From NCBI GenBank assembly GCA_001303125.1, contig LJNE01000001.1:81737-145736 (forward strand): a DNA stretch of 64,000 bases, in the 5' to 3' direction. The notes below the pieces were generated by a model. It searched no databases, was not told where the DNA came from, and was given only the letters and a program-made list of their open reading frames with translations. Positions 25,978 to 33,677 of this stretch are shown one piece after another. The position numbers were made by a program, and so were the translations under genes. This stretch comes from Parcubacteria bacterium DG_74_1. Lineage in GTDB: Bacteria > Patescibacteriota > Minisyncoccia > Minisyncoccales > DG-74-1. The stretch's first letter is position 1, and the number at the start of each line of letters is the position of its first letter.

Positions 25978-27483
25978 TTATGTTACCCAATATTTTTTCT
26001 TAGTCATTTCTTCTTGCTTCACCTCAAGCTTTTCTCTTTCTTTTTTGGCTATTTGGGTCAACTTTACTAACTCCTTCTCGGGCATTTTCCCTAATTTTTT
26101 AATTTCTTTCTCTAAAAGACTTTTTTTATTTTTTTGAGGGTCTTCTAAGACATAACCTAAGAGGATATCCAAGATCTGCCCTATTTTAGGACCCGGTGGA
26201 ATACTTAAAATTTTCATAACATCGTTTCCGCTAGCTTTAAGCATTTTCACAGAGATTGGGTCCCGGGAAACTCTTTCAATGACATATTTCAAATGTCTCA
26301 ACTTATAAGGTTCTGCCTTGGGAACTCCCGAGCCAATTCTGTCAGCCATTCTCACTTGTAATAATTCTTCCATATTTTCTGGCCCCACTTGACGGACCAG
26401 TCTTCTTACTGAACTATCGGAAACCTCATCTACATTATAGTAAAAAAGGTGATAACGAACTAATTTGACAATTTTTTCAATGTCTTTTTTGGGGAACCTC
26501 AAACGATTTAATATTTGGGCGGCCATTTTTGCGCCAACTATTTCATGGCCGTAAAAAGTAGCATCCGGGCCCTCTCCCCGCTTCGTCCTTGGTTTACCTA
26601 CATCATGCAACAAAGCAGCTAGCCTTACATATTTGTTAAATTTTTGTTTGGCGGCATAATCTAAAGACCGCAGAGAATGCTCGTAGCATTCATAAATGTG
26701 GTGCTTATTTTGAGTGACCTTATATCCTTCTTCCAATTCTGGAATAGTATATTTCAGTAAACCGAGCTCTCTTAAAAGTTCTATACCCGAAGCCGCTCTT
26801 TCTGACATAATAATCTTCAAGAATTCATCTCTAATTCTTTCTTTTGATATAGCCTGCAGCCAGGGAGAATTTTTTTTAACAGCTTCGGCAGTTTTCCCCT
26901 CAATTTGCCAATCCTCGCCTAGGGTTACAGTAAATCTAATTGCTCTTGTCATACGCAAAGCGTCCTCATTAAAACGCTCCTCGGCCTCACCAACTGCCCT
27001 AATTATTCTTCTCTGTAAGTCTTTTTGCCCATCATATGGGTCAATAATTTTACATTTGGCGTTTTCATTTTGAATCTCCAGGGCCATTGCGTTAATAGTA
27101 AAATCTCTCCTTGCTAGATCTTCTTGAATAGTTTCGGCAAATTTTATTTCATCGGGGTGGCGCTTATCGGTATATTTTGCCTCTGAACGATAGGTGGTAA
27201 TTTCTATTTCTCTTAACCTGGAGTTCTTACTGTTGGTCTGGACGGTAACTGTAAAAAATTGATTACTATAAAAGCTTTTAGGAAATATTTTTTGAATCTC
27301 TTCCGGCCGAGCCAGAGTCGCTACATCCCAATCCTCCGGCTCAACTCCTCTCAAAAAATCTCTGACACAACCGCCAACAATGTAAGCCTCAAGGTCATTT
27401 TTTTTAAACTGCTCAATGACAAATTTTAATTCTTTTGGGATTTCCACCAGTTTAATCTTATCTTGATTTCTCGAATTTTTCAA
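25978..27483 (-). CDS. cca: CCA-adding tRNA nucleotidyltransferase with HD domain
   Basis: YIVGGCVRDFLRG polymerase-beta motif and LLHDVGKP HD motif. TTG start. Confidence 0.8.
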   Translation of the reverse strand: MKNSRNQDKIKLVEIPKELKFVIEQFKKNDLEAYIVGGCVRDFLRGVEPEDWDVATLARPEEIQKIFPKSFYSNQFFTVTVQTNSKNSRLREIEITTYRSEAKYTDKRHPDEIKFAETIQEDLARRDFTINAMALEIQNENAKCKIIDPYDGQKDLQRRIIRAVGEAEERFNEDALRMTRAIRFTVTLGEDWQIEGKTAEAVKKNSPWLQAISKERIRDEFLKIIMSERAASGIELLRELGLLKYTIPELEEGYKVTQNKHHIYECYEHSLRSLDYAAKQKFNKYVRLAALLHDVGKPRTKRGEGPDATFYGHEIVGAKMAAQILNRLRFPKKDIEKIVKLVRYHLFYYNVDEVSDSSVRRLVRQVGPENMEELLQVRMADRIGSGVPKAEPYKLRHLKYVIERVSRDPISVKMLKASGNDVMKILSIPPGPKIGQILDILLGYVLEDPQKNKKSLLEKEIKKLGKMPEKELVKLTQIAKKEREKLEVKQEEMTKKKYWVT

Positions 27484-27596
27484 TCGCCAAGTCCTACAAA
27501 GCAGGGTGAAACAAAAGATGGGACGAAGTTTCGACGGCTACCCGGGTAGCAGGGAGAAACGGAAGAAAGAAACTTGTTTTCTCTGTCCATTTTTAT

Positions 27597-27602
27597 TATA
27601 AT
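27597..27602 (+). promoter_or_regulatory. -10 hexamer TATAAT 10 nt upstream of tRNA-Arg
   Basis: tataat at 27597-27602. The tRNA begins at 27613. Confidence 0.45.
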
Positions 27603-27612
27603 TAGTTTGGCT

Positions 27613-27684
27613 GCCCCCGTAGCGTAATGGATAGCGTGCAAGACTTCGGATCTTGAGGTGAGGGTTCAAATCCTTCCGGGGGCA
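27613..27684 (+). tRNA. tRNA-Arg (anticodon TCG), no encoded CCA
   Basis: Acceptor GCCCCCG/CGGGGGC, anticodon arm CAAGA-CTTCGGA-TCTTG, T arm GAGGG-TTCAAAT-CCTTC. Confidence 0.85.
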
Positions 27685-27686
27685 CT

Positions 27687-28244
27687 ATGAAAAGTTTTCC
27701 AATTTTATTTCTAATCATTCTTTTAGGAGGACTGCTTCTTCCCTCGGTTACTTTAGCAGGAGAATATGACGTTATAATCGGTGGAATTGATACGCACAAT
27801 GTAACCTACGATGGGCTGGTTCCCTGCGGGCGATGCCTAAATATCAATCCTGGGCGTACAGCAGACTCATTAACTGCAAACTATTGCAACGCAAGCACGG
27901 GAGTCTTTGTTGACTTTAAATATATTCCCTGTCAATTCTGTCATCTTTTTATTGTATTAAAGTCGATAGTTGATTTTGTTTTATTATATGTCGTTTTCCC
28001 AATTGGCACTTTATTCCTAATAGTTGGTGGATTAATGTTTTTCTTCTCTGCTGAGAACCCGCAAAAAGCAGAACGAGCCAAGTCTCTATTAACCTCGGTA
28101 GTAATTGGCTTAGTTCTGATTTTTTCTGCCTGGCTGGTTATAGGCTTATTTTTCACCGCTATCGGATTATCTAATTTTGCTCTTTCTTTCACCGGCCCAG
28201 ACAATTGGTTTACAGTAGACTGCGAAGTAACACTCGATTTTTAA
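27687..28244 (+). CDS. TrbC/VirB2-type T4SS pilin-like protein (185 aa) with a small Cys-rich N-terminal region
   Basis: Signal peptide, then GLVPCGRC...CQFCHLF, then two long hydrophobic helices flanking FSAENPQKAERAKSL. This is collinear with the C-terminal 117 aa of the 1280-aa protein. Confidence 0.7.
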   Translation: MKSFPILFLIILLGGLLLPSVTLAGEYDVIIGGIDTHNVTYDGLVPCGRCLNINPGRTADSLTANYCNASTGVFVDFKYIPCQFCHLFIVLKSIVDFVLLYVVFPIGTLFLIVGGLMFFFSAENPQKAERAKSLLTSVVIGLVLIFSAWLVIGLFFTAIGLSNFALSFTGPDNWFTVDCEVTLDF

Positions 28245-28261
28245 AATAAATTCGTCTTTTC

Positions 28262-28334
28262 GTCCCCTAGTTTAATTGAATTGGCGAAACAGCGGTTTCT
28301 TAGGTCAAGGAGCCTAGGTCTGCCTCCTACACCA
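28262..28334 (+). pseudogene. Decayed tRNA-Lys(CTT)-like copy
   Basis: Aligns with the intact tRNA-Lys downstream (GTCCCC-TAGTTTAATTG...CGGTTTCTTAGG...AGGAGCCTAGGTC), but the acceptor stem cannot pair. Confidence 0.45.
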
Positions 28335-28336
28335 AT

Positions 28337-28376
28337 GCCCCATTAGCTCAACTGGTAGATCAATCACGCCCTCTAT
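28337..28376 (+). pseudogene. 40-nt 5'-half tRNA fragment abutting tRNA-Lys
   Basis: GCCCCATTAGCTCAACTGGTAGATCA... has an acceptor 5' strand and D-arm only. No anticodon or T arm. Confidence 0.4.
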
Positions 28377-28449
28377 GCCCCCATAGCTTAATTGGTAAAG
28401 CACCGGTCTCTTAAACCGAGGAGTCCAGGTTCGAGTCCTGGTGGGGGCA
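28377..28449 (+). tRNA. tRNA-Lys (anticodon CTT), no encoded CCA
   Basis: Acceptor GCCCCCA/TGGGGGC, D arm GCTT/AAGC, anticodon loop CTCTTAA, T arm CCAGG-TTCGAGT-CCTGG. One C:A mismatch at the top of the anticodon stem. Confidence 0.8.
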
Positions 28450-28624
28450 CAAGCCCCCGCACTAAAGCTCAGCGTAGAGGAAGCTTCAAACAAGAGACTT
28501 TTTTTTATTTACATAGATAGTATAATAGAATTGAGATATACCAGGTAGTGAAAACTCGACCATTGCCTGGCAGCGATATAATACTTTGCTATGCAAAATA
28601 CTAGTCGAGTTTCTGCTACTTGTC

Positions 28625-28891
28625 ATGTTAAAGCCTGAAGAAAAAACAAAAATTATTGAGAAATATAAAATTCATAAAGCAGACACCGGCTCTGCCGAAA
28701 TTCAGATTGCTTTATTAAGCGAAGAGGTTAAAGAATTGGTTTTACATTTGAAATCCCATCCTAAAGATTTTCATTCAAAGAGGGGCTTACTAAAAATGGT
28801 TGCCAGAAGAAGGAAGTTCCTTAATCACCTTAAGGAGGAGAGCCCCAGGAGATACAAGAATATTATAAAGCAAATAGGATTAAAGAAGTGA
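28625..28891 (+). CDS. rpsO: 30S ribosomal protein S15
   Basis: MLKPEEKTKIIEKYKIHKADTGSAEIQIALLSEEV...HSKRGLLKMVARRRKFLNHL. The start is placed at the ATG at 28625, not the tracked TTG. Confidence 0.9.
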   Translation: MLKPEEKTKIIEKYKIHKADTGSAEIQIALLSEEVKELVLHLKSHPKDFHSKRGLLKMVARRRKFLNHLKEESPRRYKNIIKQIGLKK

Positions 28892-28892
28892 T

Positions 28893-29396
28893 ATGGCAAT
28901 AAAACACATTGGTCAGCGTGTGGGAATACTGATCGATGTCCAGAATCTTTATCATTCGGCTAAGAACTTATATGGGGCACGGGTTAATTTTCGGGAGATT
29001 CTAAAGCTGGCGATTTCGGGAAGAAGCCTTATTCGGGTTTTTGCCTACGTAGTCAGAACTAAAACTGGCGAAGAAAAGCCATTTTTCGAAGCCTTGACCA
29101 AATTAGGGATTGAAACCAGGATCAGAGATCTGCAGGAGTTTTATGGCGGCCTGAAAAAAGCCGACTGGGATGTTGGTATTACCGTTGACGCCATCAGGAT
29201 AGCTCCCGATGTGGATGCGATTGTTTTAGCTTCTGGCGACGGTGATTTTTTACAACTGGTTGAGTATTTAAAGAATCGCGGCAAAAGAATCGAGATTATC
29301 GCTTTCGGTAGATCAGCCTCAACCAAACTAAAAGAGGCAGCTGACGAATTTATCGACCTAGAAAAAGGACTGGGAAAATATCTATTAAAAAAGTAA
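28893..29396 (+). CDS. NYN-domain (LabA/DUF88-like) predicted RNase
   Basis: RVGILIDVQNLYHSAK and VLASGDGDF motifs. There is 1 nt after the rpsO stop and 2 nt before the pnp start. Confidence 0.75.
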   Translation: MAIKHIGQRVGILIDVQNLYHSAKNLYGARVNFREILKLAISGRSLIRVFAYVVRTKTGEEKPFFEALTKLGIETRIRDLQEFYGGLKKADWDVGITVDAIRIAPDVDAIVLASGDGDFLQLVEYLKNRGKRIEIIAFGRSASTKLKEAADEFIDLEKGLGKYLLKK

Positions 29397-29398
29397 TT

Positions 29399-31549
29399 AT
29401 GCAGGAATTTAAACTTGAAATTGAGGGACGTGAGATGATAGCTGAGTTCCAAAATCTGGCCGAACGAGCCAATGGTTCTTGTTTTCTTCGCTATGGCGAT
29501 ACCTTGGTCTTGACCACTGCTGTCATGCCAGAATATGAAGCCAAAAGAGTAGGGTTTTTCCCTTTAACAGTTGAGTACGAAGAAAGATATTATGCTGCTG
29601 GTAAAATCAGGGGTCCTAGATATATTAAAAGAGAAAGTCGGCCCTCTGACGAAGCAATTTGTAACGCCAGATTGATTGACCGAGCCATAAGACCTCTCTT
29701 TCCTAAAAATCTTAACCGCGAAGTTCAAATGGTTAATACGATTTTATCTTGGGACGGCCAAAATGACCCGGATATCTTAGGACTTATGGCATCTTCTCTG
29801 GCTTTAATAACTTCTAATATCCCCTGGTCAGGCCCGGTTGCGGCGGTCAGAATAGGTTACGTTAATAATAAGTTGATTTTAAATCCGACTTATGAAGACA
29901 AACAAAAAAGTCAAATGGATTTAATTTTAGCCGGCGTCGAAGAGAGTAACGGACTTTTAATTAATATGATTGAAGGAAGTTTTGAGGAGCTGGAAGGAGA
30001 TTTAGCCATGGAAGCGTTAAATTTCGCCCGTTCTCATTTAAAAAAACTAATTGATTTTCAAAAACAGATTGCCGAAAAAATAGCTAAGGAGAAAATTGTT
30101 TTACCAAAACCGGCGGTTGATCTGGAATTAGAGAAAGAGATTAAAGAATTTTTAGCCGATAGATTAGAGGCAGCTTTATACCAAGGGGACGGAGTCGAGC
30201 AGATGGAAGAAACAAATAACCTTAGAGAAGAGTTAATCTGTTTTATCGAGAATAAATACCAAGATGCAGGAAAAATTGACTACGCCCAAGGCTTTCTTGA
30301 AAATGAAATCAATAAGCTTGTTCGTCAAAAGGTGATTGAGGAAGAGAAAAGACCAGACGACAGGAAATTAGACGAGCTGAGGTGTCTCAATTGTCAAGCC
30401 GGCCTGTTACCGAGAACCCATGGATCTGGTCTTTTCTGCCGCGGCCAAACTAGATCCCTTTCTATTTTGACCCTAGGGGCACCAGGAGATCAACAATTAT
30501 TAGAAGGGATGGAAATCGTGGGTAAAAAAAGGTTTATGCACCATTATAATTTTCCTCCTTATTCGGTCGGCGAAGTAAGACCAATGAGAGGACCTGGGAG
30601 AAGAGATGTTGGCCATGGAATGTTGGCAGAAAAAAGTCTCCTTCCTCTAATTCCTTCTGTTGAAGAGTTTCCTTATACCATCAGGATAGTTTCAGAAATT
30701 CTATCTTCCAATGGCTCAACCTCAATGGCTTCGGTTTCCTCCTCGTCTTTGGCTTTAATGGATGCCGGTGTCCCCATCAAAAGACCGGCCGCAGGCATCG
30801 CACTGGGATTAATGTCTGATGAGAAAGGTAATTATAAAATCTTAACCGATATCCAAGGACCGGAAGACCATCACGGCGACATGGATTTCAAAATTGCCGG
30901 AACCGAGAAGGGAATAACCGCTATCCAGATGGATGTTAAAATTAGAGGGATCACTGAAAAAATTTTGAAAGACACACTTGAACAGGGGAAAAAGGCAAGA
31001 CTAGAAGTCTTGAGAGAAATAACCAAAGTTTTGGCTAAACCCAGGCTAGAACTATCCCCTTTTGCTCCCCGAATTTTAACCTTACAAATTAATCCGGAAA
31101 AAATCAGGGAAGTAATTGGGCCCGGAGGAAGAGTAATCCATGAGATAATGGGAGAATGCCAAGTTTCAATTGATATTGAAGAAACCGGAAAAATTTTTAT
31201 TACCGCTGAAAAAGAAGGGGCGGCCAAAAAGGCGGTTACTTGGATAGAAAATATTACCCGAGAAGTCAAAATAGGAGAAATTTTTCAAGGAAAAGTAAAA
31301 AGAATTTTGGATTTTGGTGCTTTTGCGGAAATCTTGCCGGGTCAAGAGGGACTAATTCATATCTCCCAATTGGCTCCTTTTAGAGTTGACAAAGTAGAAG
31401 ATATAGTTAAGGTTGGTGACGTTGTACCAGTCAAAGTAATCTCGATCGATGAACAGGGGAGAATAAACCTGTCTTTAAAAGAAGCTAAATCCTCACGCCT
31501 ACGCACAAATGGCAGGGGAAAAATTTATGAAAGAAACAAACAAAAATAA
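29399..31549 (+). CDS. pnp: Polyribonucleotide nucleotidyltransferase (PNPase)
   Basis: Two RNase PH-like halves plus KH and S1 (GKVKRILDFGAFAEILPGQEGLIHISQL). 716 aa. Confidence 0.9.
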   Translation: MQEFKLEIEGREMIAEFQNLAERANGSCFLRYGDTLVLTTAVMPEYEAKRVGFFPLTVEYEERYYAAGKIRGPRYIKRESRPSDEAICNARLIDRAIRPLFPKNLNREVQMVNTILSWDGQNDPDILGLMASSLALITSNIPWSGPVAAVRIGYVNNKLILNPTYEDKQKSQMDLILAGVEESNGLLINMIEGSFEELEGDLAMEALNFARSHLKKLIDFQKQIAEKIAKEKIVLPKPAVDLELEKEIKEFLADRLEAALYQGDGVEQMEETNNLREELICFIENKYQDAGKIDYAQGFLENEINKLVRQKVIEEEKRPDDRKLDELRCLNCQAGLLPRTHGSGLFCRGQTRSLSILTLGAPGDQQLLEGMEIVGKKRFMHHYNFPPYSVGEVRPMRGPGRRDVGHGMLAEKSLLPLIPSVEEFPYTIRIVSEILSSNGSTSMASVSSSSLALMDAGVPIKRPAAGIALGLMSDEKGNYKILTDIQGPEDHHGDMDFKIAGTEKGITAIQMDVKIRGITEKILKDTLEQGKKARLEVLREITKVLAKPRLELSPFAPRILTLQINPEKIREVIGPGGRVIHEIMGECQVSIDIEETGKIFITAEKEGAAKKAVTWIENITREVKIGEIFQGKVKRILDFGAFAEILPGQEGLIHISQLAPFRVDKVEDIVKVGDVVPVKVISIDEQGRINLSLKEAKSSRLRTNGRGKIYERNKQK

Positions 31550-31586
31550 AAAACTGATGTTCCTGAAAGAAGTGGAGGTAAAAACA

Positions 31587-33530
31587 ATGGCAAAAGATAT
31601 TGCTGAGGCCAAAAAGACTGAGGTCCAAAAAGGAAGAGAAAGAGAAACTGCCCTACAAGGAGGCGCCGCCAGATTAGCGCCAATCGAGACCCAAAAAAAA
31701 GGAGAAAGAAGGGTTGACCTCAAAAAGGGCGTTGTCAGGTGGGAACGAATTGAAGCCCGAAAGGCAGCGGCGGGAACGGCCGAGCTACCAGAAGACATTG
31801 TTAGACTAAGGGCAGTTGAGGCCCGGAAAGAAATGGAAAGAAAAAAGAGGGAAGAGGTTCTCAAGTTAGAAAAGGAGGCAGAGGAAAAACCGCCGATGGA
31901 AAGAGCGATGGCGCCCCAGCCACCGCTACCGCCAACGCCCTCCCCGCCCCCACTAACGCCATTATCTCCTTCAGAGGATGAAAGAAAAAGACAAGAAGAA
32001 GAAGAAAAGAAAAGAGTGGAAGAGGAAAGAAAGAGAATTGAAGAAGAAAAGAAGAAGTCACCTTTAGAAAAAAGAGGGGAAACCTTAAGCCAAAAAGAGG
32101 CCCAATTACAGGAAAGATTAGAGTCGTTAGCCTCGGAGGAAAAAAGGCCAATCGAAGAAGAAAAATCTAGGCTTTTGTTGGAGATTGAGAAAATTAAAGA
32201 AGAAAGTCTTACGCCAATCTCAACTAGAGAAAGAGAAATAAAAAAAGAAAAAAGGCTAATTGAAGAGGCCGAAAAAAAGGCCCCATTTAAAGAGAAGAGA
32301 CAAATTGAAGAAAAGAGGTGGCAAATTGAAGAAAGAAGAGAAAGAATCGAAAAAGAAAGATGGCGGGTAGAAGAACGAATCGTCGATCTTAAAGAAAAAA
32401 TAAAAGAAGCAGATCTTAAAATTGAGCAACTCTCAGAAAGGGAAAGTAACTTTACAAAAGAGATTGAAAACATTGCAAACGAAAGAGAGGCAATAGGCTT
32501 AATAAATAAAAGAGCGGGGTTAGAAAAAGAACTCAAGTTGGTTAAAAATCAAAAAGTAGCCGCTGAGACCAAATCAGGAGTTTTAATCGATAAAAAAAAG
32601 AGGGTTAAAAGGGACCTAGCTGAGATTCTGGAAAGCGAAAGGGTATTGGAAGAAGAAGTAGAAATACTCGAGAAAAAAGAGGAAACGATAACTAATTTAA
32701 GCGAAAGAAAGAAAGTTGAAAAAAGAAGGAGGGAGACCGAAGAACAAAGAAAAAAAACGGAAAAAGAAAAATGGCAAATAGTAAAGGAGAAAGAGGAAAA
32801 TGACCGAGTGCTTGAAATTCTTATAACTGAAATAGAAAAATTAAAAAGAGAGGAAGCGGATTTTGAGGAAAAAATTAAAGAAATTGATACCTCTCTTGAA
32901 AAAATAAAAGAAAAAGGGGTAAAAGTCGAAGAGTTAATGGCTTTGGCCGGACTTCTTTATAAGCCTCGAGAAAAAAAAGAAAAGATTGAAGAGGTGTCTC
33001 CAGGAGAAGAAAAAGCACCTTCAGAAAAAGTAACCGAAGAAGAGCTACCAAGTGAAGAACTACCAGAAGCTCGTCCGCTAAGCAAAGAAGAAGGGGTAGT
33101 AGGAACAAAAGCGGCCAGAATAGCAATAGGAGAGGAAACTGAAAGTAGAATAGAAGAAGCGCTACGAAGAAAAAAAGAGAAGGAGAAAAAAGAAGCTGAA
33201 AAAATAAGAGAAAGGGTTAGGGAATTATTAGGAGAAATAAAACCGTCTACACCTCCTTCTCCTCCGCCGCCAGAACCCTCAGAAGAAGCCCAAGAGTCGA
33301 GAGAGGTTAAACCTACCTCTCCTCCTCCCGTAGCTAGTCAAGGCTCAAAAAAATATCGCCCTCCTCTTGCCAGGTCTCCAGCAATTGAAGAACCCTTCCT
33401 GGAAACCTCAATCCCTCAACCATCTTTTAAGAAACCGAAAGCCTTCGAAAAGATCTTAATTAGGGGACTGGTTATTATCCTCCTCTTATCAGCACTCCTC
33501 TTTCTTTATTGGTATTTTATGTGGAGATAG
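31587..33530 (+). CDS. Glu/Lys-rich coiled-coil protein with two Pro-rich linkers and a C-terminal membrane anchor
   Basis: GGAGG SD 8 nt before the ATG at 31587. Long EEKKR/EKE low-complexity region, PQPPLPPTPSPPPLTPLSP and PSTPPSPPPPEPSEE segments, terminal ILIRGLVIILLLSALLFLYWYFMW. Upstream in-frame ATGs exist (31509, 31527). Confidence 0.6.
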   Translation: MAKDIAEAKKTEVQKGRERETALQGGAARLAPIETQKKGERRVDLKKGVVRWERIEARKAAAGTAELPEDIVRLRAVEARKEMERKKREEVLKLEKEAEEKPPMERAMAPQPPLPPTPSPPPLTPLSPSEDERKRQEEEEKKRVEEERKRIEEEKKKSPLEKRGETLSQKEAQLQERLESLASEEKRPIEEEKSRLLLEIEKIKEESLTPISTREREIKKEKRLIEEAEKKAPFKEKRQIEEKRWQIEERRERIEKERWRVEERIVDLKEKIKEADLKIEQLSERESNFTKEIENIANEREAIGLINKRAGLEKELKLVKNQKVAAETKSGVLIDKKKRVKRDLAEILESERVLEEEVEILEKKEETITNLSERKKVEKRRRETEEQRKKTEKEKWQIVKEKEENDRVLEILITEIEKLKREEADFEEKIKEIDTSLEKIKEKGVKVEELMALAGLLYKPREKKEKIEEVSPGEEKAPSEKVTEEELPSEELPEARPLSKEEGVVGTKAARIAIGEETESRIEEALRRKKEKEKKEAEKIRERVRELLGEIKPSTPPSPPPPEPSEEAQESREVKPTSPPPVASQGSKKYRPPLARSPAIEEPFLETSIPQPSFKKPKAFEKILIRGLVIILLLSALLFLYWYFMWR

Positions 33531-33640
33531 TCCAAAGAATTTAGAAAAGAAAATACCGAAAGCTCAGCGGCGATCTTTATAAGGTAAAAAATATTTTGTC
33601 GCCCTTGACAAGCTGTCAAACTTTCGCTGATTTAAAAACA

Positions 33641-33669
33641 TTGTTTAAATTATAAAAAAAATATATAAT
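33641..33669 (+). promoter_or_regulatory. Promoter TTGTTT-17 nt-TATAAT, with the -10 lying 8 nt upstream of the ATG
   Basis: ttgttt at 33641-33646, tataat at 33664-33669, ATG at 33678. Confidence 0.45.
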
Positions 33670-33677
33670 TGGGAAAA

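Noticed and set aside
27602-27799. 65-aa minus-strand ORF
   Set aside because: It overlaps tRNA-Arg and the pilin signal peptide on the opposite strand. Spurious.
31499-32536. 345-aa minus-strand ORF rich in Ser/Phe/Leu
   Set aside because: It is the antisense shadow of the GAA/AAG-rich Glu/Lys coiled-coil gene. It is low-complexity, has no start context, and overlaps the pnp end.
33605-33619. Inverted repeat TTGACA-agc-TGTCAA downstream of the coiled-coil gene
   Set aside because: It is a short AT-rich stem without a U-tract, so it could be a chance palindrome or a weak operator. Not enough to call a terminator or a site.
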